From NCBI RefSeq assembly GCF_009914755.1, contig NC_060936.1: DNA of 64,000 nt; one strand, given 5' to 3'. Below the pieces are notes generated by a model, which was not told where the DNA came from, searched no databases, and worked only from the letters and a program-made list of their open reading frames with translations. Positions 40,766 through 60,430 of this stretch are shown in pieces. Position numbers and translations under genes: made by a program. The stretch comes from the human T2T-CHM13v2.0 reference genome, Homo sapiens. How positions within the stretch are numbered: position 1 is the stretch's first letter; each line of letters opens with the position of its first letter.

Positions 40766-41729
40766 TAAGTGAACGGTCCTTGGAAGCACCTCTTGGGAGC
40801 AGTTTACACTCTCCTAGATCTTGTACCAAGGATCCTCCTTTCCTGGGTTGGGGGTTTCCTCTTAAGCTTAGGGCTTCTTTCCACTTCCCAGTTCCCTCTT
40901 GTTTGCTTAGTCTTTCTTCTAATAGTGGCTGTGATGGTCCCCAAAAGGGACTCACTTGTCCTGTCCCTCCCATGGCAAGAAAACATAATTAGCAACTCGC
41001 CCTCCCCGGAGAAATCCTAACTGTGTCTGCAATTCCAGCTGATCCCCAGGGGACCCTGGGCTGGAAGGAGAGATGATATTCTTGCCCATGGTGACACAAC
41101 TTAGCAGAATCAGGACTTGAACCCAGGTCAGCAGGACTCCAGGTCCCATGCATTTTTCCCAGCATCACCTAATTACCTTTTGAACACCCTGCTCAAGTGG
41201 AAAACTATGACATTTTGGAATTCAGTCCCTTCCCTAGTTGGAGGCAGCCTGCATTTTAGGCAGTCTCAACAATCGAATCCAATCCACTTCTCAGCAGTTT
41301 TATCTCTCATGAAGCAAATAGGCAATTGATAGGCCAGCCTGTGGAGGGAGAAATGACTGGGTGGATGTGGGGTTGATTGGAGGGCAGTGGATGGATGTGT
41401 TCTGTGATGAGTTCAAAACCCGGTCAGGTTGGGTGCCTGACCTGCTTGGCTGAGTTGGGCAAGAAATGCTGAGCTGATTTTTCTCCACATGATTCTTTTG
41501 TCCTTTGACCTGAACTTGAGAACCAAGCAATTATTGATATATAAGAGTGTTTACCACACACTCATAAGCACACACACTCACACACATCCACACTCTTACA
41601 CACTTGCTCTCAGCCCTGACAACTGGACTAAGCCATTCTCATCCATCGCCTGTGGAGAGGGAGTGGTGGGGAGCTGTGCTTGTCTATGTTGCTCATCCCT
41701 CAGGATCAAGTTCAAACTCCTTGTAGAAT

Positions 41730-41895
41730 CTACAACATGGCTACTCAGAGTGTAGTTCCTGGAGCAACAGCCTCACCTGGGAATTGGTTAGAAATGCAGA
41801 AACTCAGGCCCTCCCCCAGACCTACTGAAGAATCAGCATCTGCAGTCTGACAAGATCCCCAGGTGACCCATGCACATGAAGGCTTGAAAAGCACC
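41730..41895. mobile_element. MER5A
   Basis: cacctgggaattggttagaaatgcaga...ccccagacctactgaa...acaagatccccaggtga. Confidence 0.8.
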
Positions 41896-43237
41896 TGTCT
41901 ACATGGCCCTGAAGAATCCAGCCCCTTTCTTCCTTCCTAGACTCAAGTCTTGCCTGCCACCCTCCACCTTCACTGTCTGTTCTAACTTACTGCATCCCCT
42001 GCAGTCACACGAAGGTCCACTGCTTTGTCTTGGTGCTGGACCTTTGCACTTGCTCTTCCTCCTTTTTGTTCCACTTTCCTGACCAATTTCTATTCATCTG
42101 CTAGAAACACATTCCGTGACCACCTGCCCACATTCCCCAGGAGGGGTTAGGTGCCCTCTCTGTGGGTCCACTGCCCCCGTAAGCCTCTCTCTATCAGAGA
42201 ACTTCTTATATACCATATTGCAATTCCCGGTTTAGGGATCTGTCTCCCCTTCCAGGGTGAGAAGTCCTGCAGGGCAGAAACAATGTCTTGGTTACTTTTG
42301 GGTCTTTGAAATCTGATACTAAGTAGGTGTTCAGTAAACAACTGTTGAGTAATGAATGAAATAATGAGAGAAATGACAGCCTCATAAAACTTCCTTTCAT
42401 TTTTTATTCAATTTCTACTAAAATGAACATTACTGCCCCTATATCCAAACGATGTCTCCCACAGCAGTGCTGTGCAATCCCCAGTTTTCCTCTAAGCTCT
42501 ATTGCTTTTTCAAGCCACAATGGCAAAGCTCAAAGGGTCACAGCTCCTGAAGATTACCCCCATCCAGGCTTAATGAACTGGATTCACCTTGAAAACGAGT
42601 CGGAATGCCAAGACCTCAGGCCAGGACATTATTAACACAGCCCAGACTGAGGTCCCAGGAGCCAAGGCACAAATTGGCCAACTTCATCTTGTCTCTGGGC
42701 TAGGTCAGCCCCATGATAACTCTTGGGCTTTCTGAAGAGCATTTAAGCATGAGAGTCTAGGCCTACATTCTCTATTGAAACAGGCAGAGTGTGGGTGTCT
42801 GGCAAGTGTGGGAAAAAGGATGGACCTTTCACAGCCCTGGATGCACGGGTAGAACAAGTACCTGGGCCATGATCTCTGGAAGGAAGCAAGTACTTTTGCC
42901 TCTCCAGGTTTCAGTGCCTTCAGCTATGCAAGGGAAGGAGGTTCACCATGCTGCTGCTGCACACCCCACAGAGAGTTATAGGAATCAATTGAGACACTGG
43001 ATTAGTAAGTCCTCTATACACAGAAGGAGCTATTTGTGGAATGGAGGCAATAAATGTCAGCGATGTCTCCAATCTCCTGGCCAACTGCCATTTCTGTTTG
43101 TGGAATATAAGATTCAGGCCAAACCTTGAGATACAGAGCCTCTCCAAACACATAAGACCAGTCCTATCTTACAACGTAATTACCAAGATTCCCCCTGTAC
43201 CTCCACTTATCCTTTCCTATATTTTCAAAATGTTTTC

Positions 43238-43456
<219 letters not shown>

Positions 43457-43466
43457 TCAGTTGATT

Positions 43467-43776
43467 TTTATTTATTTATTTTTTTATGGAGTCTTGCTCT
43501 GTGGCGCAGGCTGGAGTGCAGTGGCGCGATCTCAGCTCACTGCAAGCTCTGCCTTCCAGGTTCATGCCATTCTCCTGCCTCAGCCTCCTGAGTAGCTGGG
43601 AGTACAGGTGCCCGCCACCACGCCCAGCTAATTTTTTTTTTTTTTTTTTGTATTTTTAGCAGTGACGGGGTTTCACTGTGTTAGCCAGGATGGTCTCAAT
43701 CTTCCTGACCTCGTAATCCGCCCACCTCAGCCTCCCAAAATGCTGGGATTACAGGTGTGAGCCACCACGCCCGGCC
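43467..43776 (-). mobile_element. AluY-like SINE
   Basis: Y diagnostics; expanded middle T-run; TSD tctcagttgatt at 43455-43466 and 43777-43788. Confidence 0.92.
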
Positions 43777-44390
43777 TCTCAGTTGATTCTTATAAACAAG
43801 CAGGACAGCTGCTGATGTTCTTGCCAGTTAATATCTCAGGGTCTCAGTTTGTTCTTCACAGTAGGGATGGTAATGCTGGCTCATGGGTTTCTTTGAAAAC
43901 TTCAATGAGAAGATGAGTGAGAAGTGCTTAGTTAGCTCAGTGTCTGGTGTGCAGGAGGTGCTTGATAAATACTAGCTGCTGTGATGATCAAGTGATGTGG
44001 AGAGAACGCTGGGCTGGGAGTCAAAAGGTGGCAACTCTACTAGCCAGAGCTATGATATGAGTCACTATTTGCCTTGGGCAAGTCCCCTTGCCTCTTGGGC
44101 CTCCCTTTCTCCACTCTGTACAGGGCTGAGCTGGATCTGGGGTTCTTCCCGCTCCACCATTGTTGGTCTCTGATTCCCCAAACAGTGTTTAACTCAATCT
44201 AGTGCTTGGGGCATGAGGATCTGCACCCAATGCTGGGCCAAATGAGAACTTTGTTGGGAGCAGCTGGCTGATTGGCTCAGTGAGCAAGAGCTTTGATGGG
44301 AAGCAGGGAAGCAGCTAGGGAGCCAGGCCTCTTGAGGAGTTTTGCAGAAAAGTTCAGCCCTGACTCTTATCGGAGCCTTGGAATCTGCCG

Positions 44391-44404
44391 GTTGCCATGA
44401 CTAC
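44391..44404 (+). promoter_or_regulatory. Candidate RFX X-box
   Basis: GTTGCCATGACTAC: perfect GTTGCC half-site, AT spacer, degenerate second half; CCAAT box and E-box nearby. Confidence 0.4.
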
Positions 44405-45466
44405 AGAGACAGCATCTAAGCTCCAGGTCTCTGATTAGCAGGAACAGAGCCGCCGGGAGGCCTTGAGGAATTCGGCACTCGTGGCTCCCTCCCTCCATCT
44501 GTGAAGTGGAGTGTGCCGGCCCTTGACTCCACTGTTTTAGCTGTCCCCAAAGATTTCGGCTTCTTTTAAGTATTTTTTAAATGCGATATAGAAGGAAAAT
44601 GAGGCAACTGCCAGTACTTCTCAGCAAAGATGGAACACAGAATTTTTCTTAAGGACCTGCAAAGATGCAAGGCTGGAGGTAGGGAAGGGAGATAGGTGGG
44701 GCTGTGGAGGGCTGAGGGCTGTGGCTGAAGCCTGATTCCACTGCAGCGTTGAGTGACCTCAGACTCTTTACTTGTACCTCTGCTTCTTTATTTGTAAGGA
44801 GAGTTAGGATCCGATCTGTGGTTCCCACATGAGATCGGTAATCACAATTCATTTGTTCATCCATCCATTTATTCATTTGTTCATTCAATGAATGTTCATT
44901 GAGCAGGAAGCTACACGACGGTTTCCTTCTTCCTCCCCTCAGCATTTCCTCTCTGCCTGGCAGAATTCATTTTATTTCTGTTGGTTTTATTGCAAAATTC
45001 CAGGTGGGATACCCAACACCAGGAAGGTGAAATAAGTGCTATTGGAGAAAAAGAAAAATCTACCACATCAGAGGGTATAAAGTTACATAAATTCCTGCAA
45101 CTCCATTGTGTCTTTCCTCACCAAATCATCTTCAAGATTTCCCCATATCTGATTCCTGACCCCTGTTGCTGACAATGATGGATGAGGCACTGTCCTCAAC
45201 CTAAGCCTTACACCCCAGGGCTCTGGCAGTAGCATCCACCAGCTTCCCCTGTACTTCAGATAACTCACGCCTCTACTCTCTCCATTAGACAAGTCACTGA
45301 GACTTCCCACCCAATGCCAGCACACTCACCATGTGTTTATTCAATGCTAAATTCCTCACAGTTCTCAGCTTTTGCCTATCATGGGATTGCTTGTGGTATC
45401 GATTTATTTTCTACAATGTCCCAAAGAGTTCAGAATTATATTCTTATGTGTCTCCACCTTGACATA

Positions 45467-45670
45467 GTAATAATGTGTGACTTGCAAGAATTGGTTACAA
45501 AGGGCAGCTTCTGCCTTGCTCTCTTGGATTGATCATTGTCGGGGAAGCCAGCCGCCATGTTGTGAGGATACTCAAGCAGCCATATGGAGAGGCCCATGTG
45601 AAGAACTAAGGCCTTCTGCCAACAGCCAGCACCAGCTTGCCAGCCATATGAGTGAGCCACCTTGGAAGTG
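45467..45670 (+). mobile_element. MLT1F-like MaLR fragment
   Basis: gccatgttgtgaggatactcaagcagcc...ctgccaacagccagcacc...gagtgagccaccttggaag. Confidence 0.8.
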
Positions 45671-46119
45671 AACTATCTTATGTGTCAAGGCTTTGCTGGA
45701 CAATACACACAAATCAATAAGCTCACTGATCTTTTCTAAAAGAAATATGAGGTTGAACAGAGAAGACATGGATTGAGCAGTCTGAGTAGACTGAGGCATT
45801 GGCTGAGTTACTGACCCTTTCTAAGATTCCATTCCCACCAACTATAACATCAGGAAATTAGCCCAAAGCATCTCAAAAGCACTTTCTAACTTTTTGAAAC
45901 AATGTTCTCTTTGGCCAATTTTTTACCACTTTTATTGATTCATTGAAAAAATATTGCCTGATGTTCACTAAGCAGCAGGCTCTGAGGCAGAAAGACGCAG
46001 TCTTGCTCGCAGGGAGCTCATAGTCCAATTTGATAGAAGACAATTAAATGACAACATATTATTAAGAGTTGCTGGCAAGGGAGCAAAGGCATACCACATC
46101 CTAGAAAAGGGGATAGATC

Positions 46120-46560
46120 TTCCCAAAAGCTTGCTCCCTACTCTACCTTCTCCATCTCCTCAATGTTGACGCCATCCTTCCAGTTGCTCAGGCTCAAAAC
46201 CTTGGAGTCATCCTTGACTCCTTCTCCTGTCTTACTCTCTTACTTCTCACATTTAGCCAGCAGTAAATCATGTCAGTACTACTTTCAAAATTTCTTAGAA
46301 TCAGACCACATCTTATCCCCCACTCCATTGCTACTACACTGATCGGAGCTTGGACTATTGCAACCATTTCCCCATCTCTGCCCTTTTCTCCCTTCAGCCT
46401 TGTGTCCCTCAATCACTAGAGTGATCGTTCTCAAAGGTAATCCAGTCCCTATCACTCCTGTTCCAAAGACTCTTCTCCCATCTCAGCTACAGAGAGCCCC
46501 AAAGGTCTTCCCATGACCTGATCTCTGATCTCACCTCTTGCCACTCTAGCCCTTGCTTGC
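46120..46560 (+). mobile_element. L2 (continues at ~46890-46960, 47520-47640 and 47960-48110, split by younger inserts)
   Basis: ccatccttccagttgctcaggctcaaaaccttggagtcatccttgactcc. Confidence 0.75.
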
Positions 46561-46570
46561 TGTTCCTTAT

Positions 46571-46896
<326 letters not shown>

Positions 46897-46959
46897 TAAC
46901 AATTTTTGAACTTGCTATTCCTTCTGCCTAGGGCACACTTCTCACTTCGAGCAGATACC

Positions 46960-47500
46960 TGTGTAGAAGCTATATATAACTGTGTAACAAATTATTCCAA
47001 ATCTTTTGGCTGAAAACAACAACAAACAGTTATTATGGTTCATAGTTTCTGTGACTCAGGAATTTGGCTGAGTGGTTCTAACTCATCATCTCTCATGAAG
47101 CTGTGGTCAGATGTCAACCAGGTTTGCAGTCTCATCATAAGGCTTGACTGGAGCTGAAGAATCCTCTTCCAAGGTGGCTCACTCATAGGGCTAACAAGTT
47201 GGTGCTGACTGTTGGCAGGAGGCCTCAGTTCTTCTTCACATAGGCCTCTCCATATGGCTGCTTGAGTGTCCTCACAACATGGCTACCACCAGAATCATCA
47301 ACCCAAGAGAGGAAGGCAGAAGCTACCTTTTGTGACCAAGTCTTGAAGGTCATACATTATTACTTCTACTACATTCTTTTCATTGAATGTGAGTCACTAA
47401 GCCCATCCGATATTCAAAGGGAGATAAATTAAGTTCCGTCTTTTGATCTTTTGATGACAAGAGTGTCAAAGAATCTAAGAACACATTCTAAACCACCCAA
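46960..47500 (-). mobile_element. MLT1F-like MaLR LTR (near complete)
   Basis: ctgtgtaacaaattattcc...tcaggaatttgg...cttccaaggtggctcactcat...gagtcactaagccc...agagtgtcaaagaat. Confidence 0.8.
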
Positions 47501-47653
47501 ATTTTAAGATTAGTCCTGAATCCTTCAAGTCTCCACTCCCTTGTTACTTCTCAGGAAGGACTTCTCTGATTATTATATACAAAGTAGCAGCCACTCCTCC
47601 CATTTCTTAGCTCTGTATGCTGCTTTAGTCACACCAAAATTTATTACCATTCA

Positions 47654-47965
<312 letters not shown>

Positions 47966-49289
47966 CTATTTTTACTTGCTTATGTATCTATTCCTCCATC
48001 TAGAATGTAAACATTCCGTAATCACAGGAGACATCTCCGTCTTGTTCACTGTGTCTCCACACCTGAAACTGACCTGGATACAATTTAGGCACTCAGGAAA
48101 TTGAAGTTAACAAATGCAGGTTACCCTAGGCCAGGACAAGTATGGGAAGAGGCAAGCCTTGCTGGGTGTTAGGCAGAAAATAGAAGCTTTGTTGTCAGAC
48201 AGCAGACAGGGCAGCATTCCTCAGAGATAAATGGGCAGAAGTAAAGACATGGAAAGGTAACCCCCATAGGAGGGAGGTTTAGGGAAAACTGAGGCTGAGC
48301 AGGATGGAAGGGAGTTCTGGAAGCACAGAGTTGGCAGTGAGAAGGGCTGAGAAGCCCTAATTAGAATCTCCAGCCCTCCAGGGCTTGCAGTATCTACCAG
48401 CTCGGCTTCTAAAGATGCACTCATAAGTGGCTGACAGAGATGGATGTGTTTTGCTGCCCTTCCTTCAATATTGACTGGGCTTGACTTGCTCTCTTAGAAG
48501 CCCTAAGGAGCAGGGGGCTTATCAGATGCATTCATCCTGAGTCATAAAACCAATCTGGATGCACTGATGCAGAAGCCTGGTGCATGAGACATGCTAATGC
48601 CTTTGATCAATACTTGACATGGGGTCTGAAGGCAGGGTGAGCAGGGAGGGATGTTCTCTGCGTGTCACCAAATACGCCTGTGACTCTCAAACTCCTGACT
48701 CTTCCTAGTTAAGAGCCAGGAACTTGGGTGACAGTCTCTTCAAAAGCTGAGTAACCAGGCAACTTCTTTGCCCTCTCAGGAACTCCCATAAAGACGTGGG
48801 ACTCATAGACGACGCCTCAGTATTCTCTGCAGCCTGTGTCATTGGCAGAGTTGGGGGCTGCAGGACTGCAGGCCTTCATGGGAACTGCTGTTCCAAGTGG
48901 GTGGCTCATACCAATTAAGGACATCAGATTGGAGATTTGGTTTACAAGGAAGTAAAACCAAAGAAAACTGACTTTTGAGGCCTTTCTGCTTGTATATTTT
49001 ATCTCATTTTATCTTCACAATAGCTCGGAAATACATGAATTGATACTATTCACTATTTTATAACTGAAGAAACTGCAACTCAGAGATGTTGTGACTGGAC
49101 CCAGATACTATAGCTACTAAATAGTTAAGACCATTTGAATCTACATATAGGTAGTCCATACAGAAATAAGGCAGAGAAATGGAATAGAAATGGCAAAGGG
49201 GGATTTACACTAATCCTATCATGCTTTGGCCTCCCATTATGTCTTGAGAAAAGAAATGAAATGCTGGTTTCCAGCATCTCTCTGTGATC

Positions 49290-49600
49290 TAGTCCAAATA
49301 GAATAAGCTATGCTGCTGTGACAAATAAACCTACATCAAAGTGGTTTAACCTAATTTCAGTTATTTCTCTCTTGCAAAGTCTGATGTGGTGAAGGCATCT
49401 TTCCTTCATCAAATAGTTTCACCTTTCAGAATGCGTGGACTCTAAAGTCGCTATGACAGAGGAAGGGGGAGCTGGAAAGGTACACAGATCTTGATTGCCT
49501 TGAACTGGAAATTACATGTGTTCCCTCCTGCTTAGAGACCATTGGCCAAAGATAATCTCATGGGCTCAACCTAACTGTAAGGGAAGCTGGGAAATACTAG
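49290..49600 (-). mobile_element. Old MaLR LTR (MLT1-type) ending ~80 bp before exon 2
   Basis: aagctatgctgctgtgacaaataaacc...cattggccaaag...cctaactgtaagggaagctgggaaat. Confidence 0.6.
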
Positions 49601-49679
49601 TAATTCTATGAATATTTAATGAACATTAAGTGTCTCTGTATATTCTAACACTTTTGTGTCCTTATTTCTTCTTCTGTAG

Positions 49680-49826
49680 GACAGAGCCCCAGAATAACCC
49701 CGTTGTCCCAGCTCAGGATGGACCCTCAGAAAAGCTGGGTCAGCATCTGGCCACCGAGCCCTTGGGCACCAACAGTTGGGAGAGAGACAAGACCTGTCGG
49801 GAACTGGGTGCCACCAGAGGACACAG
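49680..49826 (+). CDS. SRRM4: SRRM4 (nSR100) coding exon 2, 147 nt, phase 2-2
   Basis: Acceptor ttatttcttcttctgtAG (AG 49678-79) and donor CAG|GTGAGA (GT 49827). Translates (R)TEPQNNPVVPAQDGPSEKLGQHLATEPLGTNSWERDKTCRELGATRGH(S), which I recognise as the N-terminal region of human SRRM4. Confidence 0.96.
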
Positions 49827-49934
49827 GTGAGATCCAATGAGGACGTTCAAGTTGAAGATACAGAAATAAAGTCTGCCTCTCTGGCCATGGCTCACCCCTC
49901 TCTTATGCAAGTTCCTCTTTCAAACCCTTAAATC

Positions 49935-50155
49935 AAGGGTTAGTAAATATTTACCGTAGAGGAACAAATCAGAAATATTTTAAGTTTGTAGACCCAGTGG
50001 TTTCTGTCACAACTACTCAACTCAGCCATTGCAGTGCAAAAAACAGCCATAGGCATTATGCAAACAAAAAGCATATCTGTGTTCCAATAAAATTGTATTT
50101 ATAAAAGCAGGAGGCAGGCTAAATTGGCCCACTGGCTGTAGTTCAGCAAGCCCTA
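49935..50155. mobile_element. MER58A (hAT-Charlie)
   Basis: tctgtcacaactactcaactcagccattgcagtgcaaaaacagccatag...gtgttccaataaaattgtatttataaaagcagg. Confidence 0.85.
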
Positions 50156-50668
50156 CCTTAAATGATAGCGTTCCTTTGCATTTTAGTGGCTCTATGAGCC
50201 ACTGACTCCCAAATCATAGTTTCAGCCCAGACCTGTCTCAGGAGTTTCAGGTCTCTGCATGTTTTCTTTTACTCAGTTGTTTAACCAGTACTTTTTGAGC
50301 ACCCACTGTGTGATGGCACTGTACTAGCACACAAATGCAGAGAGCACTGTATACACATACTCCATAAAAATACTGTATACTCAGCATTTTACTGAGGCTG
50401 GGAGAAGTAAAGTGAGTTCCCCAGAATATGACAGCCACTAAGTGGCAGAGTGAAGTTTTGAACTCCAGTCTCTCTGATCTTAAATCCTTGACTAAAACCC
50501 ACTCCATTATCCTATGGATGCTACTGAAAAACAAAAAAAAAATTATCCCCTGCCTCCTGTTTTCAGCATATGCTTATAAAGTCTGGCCCATCTTTGGCCT
50601 CTGGGAAATCTATTTCTAGAAGATGTGATCACTGAATTTTAGAGAAGTGGCTTGGGAAACTGGAGTCA

Positions 50669-50917
50669 TTTTTTTTCTTTTTAATTTTTATTTCATTATT
50701 ATTTTTTAACTTTTATTTTAGGTTTGGGGCTACATGTGAATGTTTGTTGCGTAGGTAAACATGTGTCATAGGGATTTGTTGTATACATTATTTTATTACC
50801 CAAGTATCAAACCCATTACCCAATAGTTATCTTTTCTGCTCCTCTCCCTCCATCCACCCTTTCTCGTCAAGTTGTTTCCTTCTTTGTGTTCATAAATTCT
50901 TATAAGTGGGAGTTAAG
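50669..50917 (-). mobile_element. Very short old L1PA 3' end with TSD
   Basis: 3' UTR (tacatgtg...gtaggtaaacatgtgtcat...cccaatagttatcttttctgctcc); TSD tggagt(c/a)atttt at 50661-50672 and 50918-50929. Confidence 0.8.
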
Positions 50918-50986
50918 TGGAGTAATTTTCAAAAATGAAGTCTACCCCACCACCTAGGCTGCCCTCTCAGCTACAGGCTTTAGTTA

Positions 50987-51460
<474 letters not shown>

Positions 51461-51855
51461 AAAATATTGTCTCCTAGATGGAATCTGAGTGTACAAATCT
51501 TGACCCTGTCACTTACGAACTGAGCAACCTTGGGCAAGTTTCTTTTCCTCCATGGGCCTCAGTGTTCACAGCTATAAAATGGGAATGTTGAGATGTAATT
51601 CTCAAGGTCAGGATGAGGATTAAGTTAGACTAGGCATGTACAGATTGTGGCAGTGAGACTAGAGCAGAGGAAATCCTAAGATATGTTAGTGAGAGTTTCA
51701 TGAAGCCAGAAGAGAAGATTCTGGTTATGAAAATCTGAAAAAATGATGCCATGTCATACAGCATCTCTATTGTAGAGCTGTTGTACTCTAGTGTACAGCA
51801 TCTGGGCCTCTCACTCCCTTCTATCTGTGACTGACCCTCTGATGTGACAAAACCA

Positions 51856-51955
51856 CAATAATGATGATAATAATAATAACAGTGATAATAAAAGTAATCA
51901 TAATTATATTATATAATAAATTTATTATTTAATAATTAATTATAATTATAATAAC
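51856..51955 (+). repeat. AT-rich (AAT)n low-complexity tract (MIR tail)
   Basis: aataatgatgataataataataac...ataattatattatataataaatt. Confidence 0.75.
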
Positions 51956-52177
51956 AGAAACCCCTTATACTGTCCTCTTACTCTATGCCAGACCAGGGCA
52001 CATTACCTAAGTCAGCTCCTTTATTCCTGGAAGCAAACTTAGGACACAGGTACCATGTTTCTTCCCATCTTGTTGACGATGATCAAGATGAGACTCAGAG
52101 AGGTCTCTGAGCCCTGTTGGAAGTAAGAGAGTTAGACTTTAAATCTAGGTTTGTCAGCTTCTGGACCAGCATTCCTT

Positions 52178-52256
52178 ACTGCTGCATACTTTACTGCATA
52201 TGTAACTTCTGCATATGTAACCACTGTGTTGGAACCACTGCATACTTAACCACTGC
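52178..52256 (+). repeat. 15-bp minisatellite (TAACCACTGCATACT), left part
   Basis: About 5-6 degenerate units immediately left of the L1 poly-T. Confidence 0.8.
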
Positions 52257-58403
<6,147 letters not shown>

Positions 58404-58695
58404 ACCACTGCATATTTAATTGATGCATGTTTAACTACTGTGTACCTAACTGCTGAGCACTTAACCACTGAATAGTTAACCTCTGCTACTTCCCCAAGGT
58501 GTGCTTAACTACCATTTGTTTAACCACTACAGACTTAACTGCTGCACATGTAACCACTGCATACTCAACTGATACTTATTGAACTGTCATATATTTCATC
58601 ACTGTATTTAGCCATGCATATGTAACCACAGCATACACAAGCATTATGTACTTAACCCCTGCACCTGTAACCAGGGTATACTTAACAACTATTCT
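58404..58695 (+). repeat. 15-bp minisatellite (TAACCACTGCATACT), right part
   Basis: About 20 degenerate units, e.g. taaccactgaatagt, taaccactacagact, taaccactgcatact, taaccagggtatact. Confidence 0.85.
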
Positions 58696-59147
58696 GCCCT
58701 TTCCTGACCCTCTATGATGGTACAAGTAGAACTAGTGTAGGGAAAAATAGGGGGTAGAAGAAATGTAGACCTACCAGGGTAAAGGCGTTTGGGATTTATT
58801 GAGGGAGTTGATGATCCCCATCTCACACACCTCAAATGTCTCCAAATTCAAGGGCTTTCTGAGTTTTACCCCATTACTTAAATGCAAATCAAGGACGAAG
58901 TTCTCAAATCATGCTCTCCTGGGACCCTGGGATTCCAGAAGTTATAGCTGACTGAAACAATAGGCTCTTTCCTCATTTTGTAAGACACACTCTAAAAGAT
59001 TTTTTTTTCTCTCAAGTTTTTCTCCTTTCATTTTTTCCCCACTCAAATTCCCAGTAGCTGTTGCACTGGGAAGTGTTTCTATGAAACAAGATGATTTAAC
59101 AAGAAGCTCAATTATTTCATTCATTTATTCTCTCTTTTGGTCACTCA

Positions 59148-59533
<386 letters not shown>

Positions 59534-59666
59534 TTACACAAGCATCCTGTTTGCTTCCTGGACATGCATACTGTGCCTTGTGCTTTATAACATATAAGTG
59601 TAGTTAAGTAGTTAGGTACTTAATTCCTGTGATACTTATTTTTAACCTACTAAAAGGGACCCTCTT

Positions 59667-60430
59667 AGAAATGCAAATCAAAACCACAATGAGATGCCAT
59701 CTCACGCCAGTCAGAATGGCAATTATTAAAAAGTCAAGAAACAACAGATGCTGGTGAGGTTGTACAGAAATAGGAATGCTTTTACACTATTAGTGGGAAT
59801 GTAAATTAGTTCAACCATTGTGGAAGATGGTGGTTCCTCAAAGACCTAGAACCAGAAATACCATTTGACCCAGCAATCCCATTACTGGGTATATACCCAA
59901 AGGAATGAATATATGTCATTCTATTATAAAGATACATGCACGCATATGTTCATTGCAGCACTATTCACAATAGCAAAGACATGAAATGAACCCAAATGCC
60001 CATCAATGATAGGCTGGATAAAGAAAATGTGGTATACATATACCATGGAATACTATGCAGTATTCCATACTATGAACAAGATCCTGTCCTTTGCAGGCAC
60101 AAGGATGAAGCTGGAAGCTATTATCCTCTGCAAACCAATGCAAGAACAGAAAACCAAATACTGCATGATCTCACTTATAAGTGGGAGCTGAACATTGAGA
60201 ACACATGGACACAGGAAGGGGAACATCACACACTGGGGCCTGTTGGGGGAGAGTGGTGGCTGAGGAAGAGCATTAGGGAAAAGAGCAAATGCATGCTGGG
60301 CTTAATACCTAGGTGACGGGTTGATAGGTGCAGCAAACCACCATGGCACACATTTATCTATGTAACAAACCTGCACATCCTGCAAATGTAGCCCGGAATG
60401 TACAAATTTAAAATTAAAATTAAAAAAAAA
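59667..60430 (+). mobile_element. 5'-truncated old L1PA (L1PA13-16-like) 3' end, sense to SRRM4
   Basis: agaaatgcaaatcaaaaccacaatgag... through the 3' UTR (aaaccaccatggcacacattt) to an A-rich tail. Confidence 0.9.

Noticed and set aside
49630-49830. 66-aa ORF as a standalone small gene
   Set aside because: It is the SRRM4 exon 2 frame extended into flanking intron; the true limits are the splice sites.
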